A stretch of DNA of 64,000 bases from an uncultured Clostridia bacterium. Its GTDB lineage: Bacteria; Bacillota; Clostridia; TANB77; CAG-508. The translations under genes and the position numbers were made by a program. The notes beneath the pieces were generated by a model, which saw only the letters and a list, made by a program, of their open reading frames with translations, was not told the origin of the DNA and did not search any database. Numbering within the stretch: position 1 is the first letter of the stretch; the number at the start of each line of letters is the position of its first letter. The stretch spans positions 3,070 through 67,069 of the forward strand of contig CAKOXK010000003.1 of assembly GCA_934130085.1 (NCBI GenBank). Direction: 5' to 3'. Shown piece by piece: positions 19,056 through 27,448 of this stretch.

Positions 19056-19619
19056 TTATAGTTTATATTTTCCGTCGAACTCTTTTGTTATATAAACCTC
19101 ACTATTTTCATAGTTTACGATATAATACGCATCTTTCTCATTAACTACTTTTATTTTTAATTTTTCTAAGTCTTTATCTGTTAACACATAAAACTTATCA
19201 AAGTTTTCATGTATAATCTCTTTTGATAAAAAAACTTGTATAATTTCTCTGTCGATATCTTTGTCAATTTTCTCCTCCGAGTCCTTTTCTTCTTCTGACT
19301 TATTTTCATCTTTTAATTCTTTTTCGTCTTTTAAGGTGTTTTCTTCTTCAGAATCATTCTCTCCTTTTGAATTGCTTTCCTCTGAGCCTCTGAATTCTGA
19401 TAGCTTTGTTCCGATTAGTTTTGTATCTTTTAATACACTTGCAGTATTGCTTAGCTTTTTGCAGGCTCCTTGAATTAGAAGCATATTTGATTCAATGCTT
19501 CCTTCCTTAGATTTAGATATTTGATTTTTTATATTCTTGTATATTAAAATTCCACTTACAATTATAAAAGCAATTAGAATAATAACACCTAACATTCCTA
19601 CAGCTTTTTCTCTTTTCAT
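19056..19619 (-). CDS. membrane-anchored protein with an acidic low-complexity region
   Basis: N-terminal TM helix (VGMLGVIILIAFIIVSGILI) and an E/K/D/S-rich middle. No family recognised. Confidence 0.45.
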   Translation of the reverse strand: MKREKAVGMLGVIILIAFIIVSGILIYKNIKNQISKSKEGSIESNMLLIQGACKKLSNTASVLKDTKLIGTKLSEFRGSEESNSKGENDSEEENTLKDEKELKDENKSEEEKDSEEKIDKDIDREIIQVFLSKEIIHENFDKFYVLTDKDLEKLKIKVVNEKDAYYIVNYENSEVYITKEFDGKYKL

Positions 19620-19799
19620 CTTACCCTCTTTTAAATTTTTTCAGAGTATATCATTAAAAGTTCCATAAGTAAAGAAATTCTTGTTATAAAACTGTAACAC
19701 TTCGGTCACATTTTTATCACATATAAGTTATATTATATAGTTACTTTAAATGGTTTATAGGTTACCTTAAAATCTAAATTTATTTATCGAGGAATAATT

Positions 19800-21068
19800 A
19801 TGGAAAACAATAATTCAAATAACTCAGAAAACGTAAAGAACACTACTAATGTTGTAAATGCCAAATCTAATTTTACAAATTCTACTAAAACAAATGTAAA
19901 AGGTAATGCTGGCTTTGGGAAAACTGTTATTCTTCCATTTGTTAGTGGAATTTTAGGTGCTTCATTAATTGTTGGTACTTGTTTTAGTGTTCCAGCTATA
20001 AGAAACAAATTAATGGGTCAAAATTCAAGTTCATATCAATCTAATCAAGCAAGTATTGATTACAATAATATTAATACAAATCTTGTTTCTCTATCAAGTT
20101 ACTCAGATACAGGCATTGCTGTCGCTCAAAAGGTTCTTCCTTCCGTAGTTGGTATAAAGGTTACCTATTCTGTAAATACTATTTTTTCTCAAAATACTTC
20201 TACTGCCACTGCTGAGGGATCTGGAGTAATAATAAGTTCTGATGGATATATATTAACAAACAATCACGTTATCAATTCAACATCATCTTCATCAGGCTCG
20301 TATTACTCAATTGGAGAAGCAACAAATTTAACTGTCACACTTTATAATGACTCAACAGAATATAAAGCTAAAATTATAGGAACCGATTCTCAAACTGATT
20401 TAGCTGTTATTAAAATTGATAAAACAGACCTTTCTGCTGCAACTTTAGGTGATTCTGATTCAGTTCAAGTCGGTGAATGGTGCATGGCTATTGGAAATCC
20501 TCTAGGAATGAAGAGTAGTGTTACAACAGGATCTATTAGTGCTTTAAATAGAAGTATCACTGATAGTGAAGGAAAAACATATACTGTAATTCAAACTGAT
20601 GCCGCAATTAATTCAGGTAACAGTGGTGGTGCTCTTGTAAATAGCAAAGGTGAAGTTATAGGCATCAATACTATTAAAGCCTCAGGTACTGGAGTTGAAG
20701 GTCTTGGCTTTTCAATACCTATTAATTCAACAAAATCAATTTACAGCGATTTGATTCAATATAACAAGGTTATTCGCCCTTATATTGGTATTAGCGGAAC
20801 TGATATTACCGATGATACAATAAAAGCATATCCTGCTGCTAAATTAGTAAAAGGTGCTTATGTAAGGAATGTTATAGAATATTCTCCTGCAGAGAAAGCT
20901 GGAATTAAGGTTGGAGATATTATTGTAAAAGCAGATGGTAAAACAGTATCATCTTATAATGAGTTAAACACTATTAAAAACAGTCACAAAATTGGCGATA
21001 CAATTGAAATTGTAGTAAATAGAAATGGCGAAGAGAAAACATTTACATTAACATTAGTTGAACAATAG
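19800..21068 (+). CDS. htrA: HtrA/DegP-family serine protease with a PDZ domain
   Basis: TNNHV (His), DLAVIK (Asp) and GNSGGALVN (Ser) form the catalytic triad. A C-terminal PDZ-like segment contains GIKVGDIIV. Confidence 0.9.
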   Translation: MENNNSNNSENVKNTTNVVNAKSNFTNSTKTNVKGNAGFGKTVILPFVSGILGASLIVGTCFSVPAIRNKLMGQNSSSYQSNQASIDYNNINTNLVSLSSYSDTGIAVAQKVLPSVVGIKVTYSVNTIFSQNTSTATAEGSGVIISSDGYILTNNHVINSTSSSSGSYYSIGEATNLTVTLYNDSTEYKAKIIGTDSQTDLAVIKIDKTDLSAATLGDSDSVQVGEWCMAIGNPLGMKSSVTTGSISALNRSITDSEGKTYTVIQTDAAINSGNSGGALVNSKGEVIGINTIKASGTGVEGLGFSIPINSTKSIYSDLIQYNKVIRPYIGISGTDITDDTIKAYPAAKLVKGAYVRNVIEYSPAEKAGIKVGDIIVKADGKTVSSYNELNTIKNSHKIGDTIEIVVNRNGEEKTFTLTLVEQ

Positions 21069-21094
21069 GTTGAAACTAACTAGATTAATTTATA

Positions 21095-21127
21095 GGCAAG
21101 TCTTAATTTAGGCTTGTCTTTATTTTA
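21095..21127 (+). terminator. possible terminator after htrA
   Basis: GGCAAGTC / GGCTTGTC 8-bp stem, including two G-U pairs, followed by TTTATTTT. Confidence 0.35.
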
Positions 21128-21250
21128 ATTTTAGTCTTAGTTCTAGGTTTAGGTTTAATTCTAGTTATAGTTATAGTTATAGTTATAGTTATAGTTTTAG
21201 TTTTAGGTTTGGTTTTAGTTCTAGTTTAGTTTTAGGTCTAGGTTTAATTT
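21128..21250. repeat. hexanucleotide microsatellite, (TAGTTA)n core with degenerate TAGKTT flanks
   Basis: AGTTATAGTTATAGTTATAGTTATAGTT at about 21163-21195, flanked by related TTAGTT/TAGGTT units. Confidence 0.8.
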
Positions 21251-21454
21251 TATTTGTGAGCTCTTATTATTTAAATATTAATTTCTAAAATTCGCCCAAT
21301 TAATGGTAAATACATTAATTAGTGAATCAGCATATTTCACTCCCAGTTCACACAATGGACAAAAACGGTATGTATAATATAAACATAATCAGTAATTACT
21401 TTACTCCTATTACTGGTTATAACAAGAAAACATCCCCTTTTATTTTCGAAAAAG

Positions 21455-21484
21455 CCTCACTTTTTAAAGTGAGGTTGTTTTTTA
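21455..21484 (+). terminator. orphan rho-independent terminator on the plus strand
   Basis: CCTCACTTT / AAAGTGAGG stem followed by TTGTTTTTT. No annotated plus-strand gene lies within about 380 nt upstream. Confidence 0.6.
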
Positions 21485-21511
21485 ATTAGTTTTTTCATTT
21501 AACTAAAAAAA

Positions 21512-21546
21512 TTAGTATTATATTGTAAAAAACAATATAATACTAA
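21512..21546 (-). terminator. hairpin terminator after the M23 peptidase gene; it resembles the outer arms of the palindromic element family
   Basis: TTAGTATTATATTGT / ACAATATAATACTAA 15-bp stem with an AAAAA loop, 10 nt downstream of the stop at 21556. Confidence 0.6.
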
Positions 21547-21555
21547 AACTTCTAA

Positions 21556-22515
21556 TTAATTGTAGATGTATTTTTGTGGATTTACATACGATCCATTAAT
21601 TCTAATTTCGAAATGTAAATGGTTCCCTGTTGAGTTACCTGTTGATCCAACCTTTGCAATTACATCTCCTGCCTTAACATTAGCCCCTGTTGAAACTAAA
21701 AGCTTACTGCAGTGACCATAATATGTTGTAACAGAATTTCCGTGATCAATCTTTATCAAATTGCCATATCCACTTTCTGTTCCTGAAAATATTACTGTCC
21801 CATCAGCAACCGCTTTAATTGGTGTACCATAGCTTGCCGCAATATCAAGACCTTTGTGCGTATGGTTTCTTACACTCTCATTTGCACCATATCTTGATGA
21901 TATTGTTCCACCAGTTACTGGTAAAACAGCTAAATATATACCATGAACCGTTCTAGATTCTATTTTTTCTTTCTCCTCTTGCTTTGCTTTTAGCTCTTCA
22001 TTAATTTTAGCCTTTGCAAGCTCAATAGCTTCTTCAGAAACCTCTTCCTCAAGATACAATGTAGTTATTGATAAATCATCTGTAACCTTGTTATATTCAG
22101 ATTTTAATTTATCAACTATCTCTTGAGCTTCTTCTTCAGTATTAACATATACTGCGTCATCTTCATTTCCATTTGAAACTTCGTATACCTTATAAATGCT
22201 TTTTGAATTTTCTTTTAATGTGTTAATTACAAATCCTTCATTTATAGCATTTGTGTTAACAAATTCATATTTGTAATTTACATTATCAAGTGCAACAAAT
22301 GCAACATTTTCATTAGATGAAGTTAAAACCTCATTTTGTACTTTTTGTTCAAAACTCTCCTTGTTAGAAACATAGCCAATTAACTCATCATTTAGAGTAA
22401 CCGCGTATGCAGGAGTATATTTTGTAAAAATAAATATAGTTGAAAGTATAGTCACAATTAATGTGATTTTGGTTATATTAATAATAACTTCACATACATT
22501 TTTATGAATGTACAT
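21556..22515 (-). CDS. M23 (LytM-type) peptidoglycan metallopeptidase
   Basis: HKGLDIAASYGTPIKA, GYGNLIKIDHG and GNHLHFEIRING. The frame stays open upstream to an ATT at 22777 that follows AAAGGAGAG, so an N-terminal K/N-rich extension is possible. Confidence 0.85.
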   Translation of the reverse strand: MYIHKNVCEVIINITKITLIVTILSTIFIFTKYTPAYAVTLNDELIGYVSNKESFEQKVQNEVLTSSNENVAFVALDNVNYKYEFVNTNAINEGFVINTLKENSKSIYKVYEVSNGNEDDAVYVNTEEEAQEIVDKLKSEYNKVTDDLSITTLYLEEEVSEEAIELAKAKINEELKAKQEEKEKIESRTVHGIYLAVLPVTGGTISSRYGANESVRNHTHKGLDIAASYGTPIKAVADGTVIFSGTESGYGNLIKIDHGNSVTTYYGHCSKLLVSTGANVKAGDVIAKVGSTGNSTGNHLHFEIRINGSYVNPQKYIYN

Positions 22516-22954
22516 ATATTTATTCTTTAAACTTAGGTCTGGTTGACCTTTATATTTTCCTTGATTGTTTTTAATTTTTTTAATATTCTCTTTATTTTTA
22601 TGGTCGCTAGTAGTGGCATTCTTGCTTTTTTTATTATTTTGCTTTTCAGTATTGTTATTTCTATTCTTTTTGCTATCGCCACTATTATTGCTATCTTCTT
22701 TATAATTTTTACTGCTGTCTTTTGTTATTTTATTGATTAGTTTTACACTATTCAGTTCGCTTAAAATAAAAAATCACTCTCCTTTATATTGCGCAGCAAG
22801 TTTTATTATAGCATATATTCTGCGTAAAATCAAGAAAAATATACATTTTAAGCGAATTCAGCAATCTATTTGGAATTTAGACCTTACTTTTCCAACTAAA
22901 AATTACTTTGCAGATTAAGTAATTTGGTGATGTTGGTTACATAATTATCGCTAA

Positions 22955-23060
22955 TTTTAATATATTGAATTCTAATATAATAAGTTTTAATATAATAAAT
23001 TTAAATATAATAAATTCTAATATAATAAGCTTTAATATCGCATGTTTTAATATAATCTAA
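22955..23060. repeat. 15-bp tandem repeat, about 7 copies
   Basis: TYTAATATAATAARY units: TCTAATATAATAAGT, TTTAATATAATAAAT, TTAAATATAATAAAT, TCTAATATAATAAGC and so on. Confidence 0.75.
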
Positions 23061-23079
23061 TCTTAAGAAGATACAAATT

Positions 23080-23415
23080 TTAAGTTAAATTTTCAAGAAT
23101 CTTTTTTGCATAAGAACAATCTGCTTTTATCTTCTTTCCATTTTTATTTGCATTATCTATTACAGCCTCTACAAGCCTTTTTGCAATTCCTTGGCCCTGA
23201 TAATCCTTACTTACTTCAGTATGAACAATGTTCCAATATTCACCCTCATCTACAAAATTACACTCTCCTACTTCTTTTAAAGGATATTTTTGCATATCAT
23301 AAGAATAATTATTTTCTTTATTCTTCTTTAGATTAATTTTTTCACATTCTTTAGCACTGCCCTGATCTAAAGCAACAGCTCTATTATTTTCAATTTCAAA
23401 TTTAATTGTTATCAT
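23080..23415 (-). CDS. small GNAT-like N-acetyltransferase (YjdJ type)
   Basis: 111 aa. HTEVSKDYQGQGIAKRLVEAVIDNA...CSYA resembles the single-domain GNAT_2/YjdJ pattern. Confidence 0.65.
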   Translation of the reverse strand: MITIKFEIENNRAVALDQGSAKECEKINLKKNKENNYSYDMQKYPLKEVGECNFVDEGEYWNIVHTEVSKDYQGQGIAKRLVEAVIDNANKNGKKIKADCSYAKKILENLT

Positions 23416-23547
23416 ATTATCCGTTTAGCCTATAAAATTAGCTAATCCTTTCTATCATATTATATTATTTAGACACATAAGATTCTCTAGAATATATTTT
23501 ATTTCTTCTAATTATCTTTTGAATTCAATAAATCCAGTATCTATTTT

Positions 23548-24096
23548 TTACCCTGTAGTAATCATTAAAAAAACGTCATCTTTTAGTGGGTTGTCTATTG
23601 CATTACGAATTTTATCTCTTAAATATTTAAGCATGTCATTATAACATTCTAAAAAGACCTTATATGCCATGTTGTAAACTATCATTTCAGCATATACTGT
23701 GAGTCCCCTTGAACTTATATATGATATTGTTTCGAAATAGTTACCGCTCATTATATGAAAAAATGGTACCCCTTCTGTTCTTATAGTATTCTCTATTTTT
23801 TCCGTGCTATCGTTAGACTTTATTTTTTCGAGTATTTGATTAAGTTTGCTTCTTTCATCATTACGCATTTTTTCGCTCTTTGTCTCCGACAATAACAAAT
23901 TATATATATTTTTTACTAGAACATCCTCTTTTATATAAAAAATAACGCTTCTTTCATCTTCTTCAACATCATACAAATTAAAATTTAATTCGTCTTTTAA
24001 ATCTCTTAATATTTCTTCTTTTGTACAATATTTATAGTCATCCTCTTTTTCTACTACAATTTTTGTTGCAACTCCAACAACTAGTGCTAGTCCCAT
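23548..24096 (-). CDS. hypothetical protein
   Basis: 182-aa ORF with AGGAGG SD. No motif recognised. Confidence 0.45.
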   Translation of the reverse strand: MGLALVVGVATKIVVEKEDDYKYCTKEEILRDLKDELNFNLYDVEEDERSVIFYIKEDVLVKNIYNLLLSETKSEKMRNDERSKLNQILEKIKSNDSTEKIENTIRTEGVPFFHIMSGNYFETISYISSRGLTVYAEMIVYNMAYKVFLECYNDMLKYLRDKIRNAIDNPLKDDVFLMITTG

Positions 24097-24221
24097 AATT
24101 ATTCCTCCTTTTTTTATATCATAGCATCTGTGTTTCTAATTTAGGTCGCTTTCAAAGCGACTTTTTTAGTAAAATACTACCAATTCCAAATTATTATGTT
24201 ATAATGTTAATGGAGGTCATT

Positions 24222-24728
24222 ATGACTTATTTATTTAATAACAAAAATATTCCAGAAGATTTATTGTTTTTATTTAGTTGTCATCAGGATGAAATCCTTG
24301 ATAAACATTTAATTTCTTCTGACGATTTGATTCAAGAGCCTTCCGAAGATTATATTTTAGAATCTATTAAAGGCAAAAAACTTACAGAAAAAACTTTTAG
24401 CGAGTCTCTTCTTTATTATATTGATTCGTCTAGTCTATCTGACGTTCAAGTATATAAAAGAGCTTTTATTGATAAACGTATGTTTTCAAAAATACGTTCT
24501 AATAAAAGCTATCATCCTTCCTTTGGTACTGTTGTTGCGCTTTCTCTTGCATTAAAGTTATCTACTTTTGATTTCAAAGAACTATTACATTCAGCAGGTT
24601 ATTCTCTACCTCAAAATTCTTATATTAATATAACTTTGCAATATTGTTTTGATAATGAAATTTATGATATTCTTAGAGTTAATGAGCTAATTTACACTAT
24701 TTCAAATAAGGAAATTAGAGATTTATGA
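24222..24728 (+). CDS. HTH-like (XRE-related) domain protein
   Basis: The segment VYKRAFIDKRMFSKIRSN..YHPSFGTVVALSLALKLS...LLHSAGYSL resembles a Firmicute HTH family I recall. Preferred start is 24222, after GGAGG. Confidence 0.45.
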   Translation: MTYLFNNKNIPEDLLFLFSCHQDEILDKHLISSDDLIQEPSEDYILESIKGKKLTEKTFSESLLYYIDSSSLSDVQVYKRAFIDKRMFSKIRSNKSYHPSFGTVVALSLALKLSTFDFKELLHSAGYSLPQNSYINITLQYCFDNEIYDILRVNELIYTISNKEIRDL

Positions 24729-25030
24729 TGTTTTTTAAATATTTCTTTTATTACTTCCTTTATTAGCTTATATTTGCTATTTTCTTTTTATCTCCCCAAA
24801 AAAAATTCTTTTCACCTATTCCATAAAAAATCTCGATTTTTTATGTTTAATTCAGTTGGATTTTTGTAAAATTTAAAAGCTCTTCTTGCATAAGCATACT
24901 TCTTTTCTGACCTTTTATATTTTATATGTTATTTGTTATTTTCATAGCTCATAATATCGTCAGTTTTATCTTCATCTTTTATAATTACTAAATATTTATA
25001 TCTCCAACTGGGTAGTTTTAAAATTTTATT

Positions 25031-26023
25031 TTAACTATTTTTATAACAATCAAGTACTTTCTTAAATAATTCCCTCGTATTATCATACGTAATTTTCTTA
25101 AGTGCCTCATTAAAATCCAACCATTTTATATCTGATATTTCGCTTTCTTGTCTCTCTATGTCTCCTCCTACACATTTGGCAATAAATAATACTACTTCTT
25201 TTAGCTTTCCCTTGTCTGTTACATACTTCATTGTATATCTCTTATTTTCATCAATGGCTACATCTAAATTTGTTTCTTCTTTTACTTCTCTAGTTGCAGT
25301 TTCTATTTCCGTTTCGTCTTTTTCAACATGACCTTTTGGAAATCCCCAATGACCTTTAGTTTGTTTGATTAATAATACTTTATCATCATTTATAATGATG
25401 CATCCACAAGACTTCTCCATCGGTTTATTGTGAACATTACTTAATAACTTTTCCAACTCTATTTCCGCTTTCTTTACAAAATAATTGTCTGTATAAACTG
25501 GTATCCCTATTTTATTTACTTGCTGAATTAGTTTTTCTACAGTATCTAACTCTCCTCTTTCCTCAGTTTCTATTTCGACCAAATTATCTCCATTTTTTAT
25601 TTCTTTAATAGCCATTTGAAGTCCGTCTTTTTCATACACTATATCATTTTCTTTGATGTTCATAATTTCTTTATATCCTATTGCTGTTAATATTTCTTTA
25701 GCTTCTTCAGTGTTTAAAATTTTACAATTAATTGATTTTTGATTTAATATATTTCCCTCTTTATCAAAATTTTTAATTTTAAATGTAATAAATTTCTCTC
25801 TGCCTTTAGTCATCTTTTCTATAATTTCTCTTACCAACACCGCTTTAGATAAAATATTTCTCACATTAGTCTTATCTAAATTTACATTTGCAGGTATAAA
25901 ATATGTATCATCCAGAGAAAATTTGTCAACAATTTTAAATCCTTTTTCTTCTACTATCCTATAAAATTCGTTCAATTGACATTTAATTTTTAGCGTTATC
26001 TCATTGCTCTGTTTCGAACTCAT
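25031..26023 (-). CDS. CYTH-domain / Nudix hydrolase fusion protein
   Basis: N-terminal half resembles CyaB/CYTH: EITLKIK in place of ExExK, then DDTYFIP, VLVREI and LVEIE. C-terminal half has the Nudix box GFPKGHVEKDETEIETATREVKEETNL. Confidence 0.7.
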   Translation of the reverse strand: MSSKQSNEITLKIKCQLNEFYRIVEEKGFKIVDKFSLDDTYFIPANVNLDKTNVRNILSKAVLVREIIEKMTKGREKFITFKIKNFDKEGNILNQKSINCKILNTEEAKEILTAIGYKEIMNIKENDIVYEKDGLQMAIKEIKNGDNLVEIETEERGELDTVEKLIQQVNKIGIPVYTDNYFVKKAEIELEKLLSNVHNKPMEKSCGCIIINDDKVLLIKQTKGHWGFPKGHVEKDETEIETATREVKEETNLDVAIDENKRYTMKYVTDKGKLKEVVLFIAKCVGGDIERQESEISDIKWLDFNEALKKITYDNTRELFKKVLDCYKNS

Positions 26024-26299
26024 AATTATTCTTTCCTCCTTTTTGATACATTATATCACTTATAATAAAACATTGGAATGAATTTAAAGTACAAGTAGTA
26101 ATTTTTATAGTGTTTTATACCATTAGCGTTTATTGTTCTGTTTTTACTTACATTTTTCATTTTATTCACAAGGTCTATACAACTTAATATGTCATTTAAA
26201 AAGTGTTTAACAATACACCACTTCATTCTAATCTTTATTTATTAAAGACTTCCTTGGATACTTAATGTTATCTTAGTTGATTTAAATAGTTCTAAACCT

Positions 26300-26323
26300 A
26301 TAACCTTCGGGGTATGAGAATTT
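26300..26323 (-). other. degenerate remnant of the tRNA(fMet) anticodon-arm region (leftmost att-like scar)
   Basis: The rc reads AAATTCTCATACCCCGAAGGTTAT. Compare AAATTCTCATAACCCGAAGGTCGT at 35343-35366. The T-arm and acceptor part are decayed. Confidence 0.4.
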
Positions 26324-26475
26324 GATTGTGATTTTCGAGAATTTTTGTTCACTTGAGTTTTTATTAGTTTAGATAGGGTTAGAGCAAATTTGTAAGATTA
26401 TGAAATAGGTTAAATTTGGTTGTTTTTTGCAACGATTGTCACCAATAATTTTTAATAAAAATGGAGGTTTTAACA

Positions 26476-26778
26476 ATGAAATTTTGTGATATTTTAAATA
26501 ATAATGAAAGTGAAAATTTATTAAAAGACTGGTTAGATCTTAGAGAAGAAGAATTATCTCATATGGATGAAAACGATAAGAAACATCTAATTAATTTCGA
26601 TGATTGTTCTGAAAATATTTTAAATAATGTTACTGGAGAAAGTTATAACTATGTTTCTAAAAAATTAGAATTAATGTATGATGATTTTATTGATTATTGT
26701 TCATATTGGAATAATAAATATTATATGAGTGGCTTCAGTGATGCAATTAAACTGATTTTAAGTGGATTAAAATTATAA
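26476..26778 (+). CDS. small conserved island-border protein, paralogue of 35589..35879
   Basis: Shares KDWLDLREEE / KEWLEFREE, YWNNKYYMSGFSD / YWNEKYYRNGFVD, and the same position just inside the left tRNA remnant. Preferred start is 26476, after GGAGG. Confidence 0.55.
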   Translation: MKFCDILNNNESENLLKDWLDLREEELSHMDENDKKHLINFDDCSENILNNVTGESYNYVSKKLELMYDDFIDYCSYWNNKYYMSGFSDAIKLILSGLKL

Positions 26779-26786
26779 CATCAAAA

Positions 26787-26806
26787 GGCGAGTTAATTCT
26801 CGCCTC
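26787..26806. terminator. bidirectional hairpin between convergent genes
   Basis: GGCGAG / CTCGCC stem with a 6-nt loop, lying between stops at 26778 (+) and 26807 (-). Confidence 0.45.
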
Positions 26807-27448
26807 TTAATCATTTTGATTTATCCAATTAATATGAATACACATTTTTTCATTATCAGTAATTGTATCTTCGTTTATTATTAATTCTTTATCATTATAT
26901 ATAATACCATATACATTCATTAATATAAATTTAACAAATTGTAAAAATGACATATTACTTTTTATTGGAATTCTGCATTTCTCAATATTACTAATTGTCA
27001 TATGTGCAGCTGGATGTTCAACATCTTTATGATTTTTTATATCATAATCAACCCTAATTAATAATGGAATTCCCCCAATTTCATCACTATCTGCAAAATT
27101 TGTGCTTGCTTCACTATTATCATCCTCTATTTCATCTGATAATTTCATATAAAGCATTCTTTGCTTTATAATCATATTATTTTCTATTTTATATTCTATT
27201 TGAAATATGCTTTTATCTTTTAATAGAATACTATATTGTTTTTCTCTTCTTAAAGTTTCTATTACTTCTTGTGCATTTATATTTTTATCATATAGTATAT
27301 TGGAAATAGTATTGTTTTTACCACTCCATGTTAAACTATTACTATCTTCTTTAAATTCTATATTATCTATTATCAAATTATTTTCTATAAGAAATGTAAT
27401 TATATTATGATATTCTTTTATAATTCTTTTTTTTATATCACTCTTCAT
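26807..27448 (-). CDS. hypothetical 213-aa protein, translationally coupled to the upstream helicase
   Basis: Its start ATG 27448 overlaps the helicase 3' end by 11 nt (AATGAAGAGTGA). Contains HPAAHMTISN...CRIPI. No family assigned. Confidence 0.55.
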   Translation of the reverse strand: MKSDIKKRIIKEYHNIITFLIENNLIIDNIEFKEDSNSLTWSGKNNTISNILYDKNINAQEVIETLRREKQYSILLKDKSIFQIEYKIENNMIIKQRMLYMKLSDEIEDDNSEASTNFADSDEIGGIPLLIRVDYDIKNHKDVEHPAAHMTISNIEKCRIPIKSNMSFLQFVKFILMNVYGIIYNDKELIINEDTITDNEKMCIHINWINQND

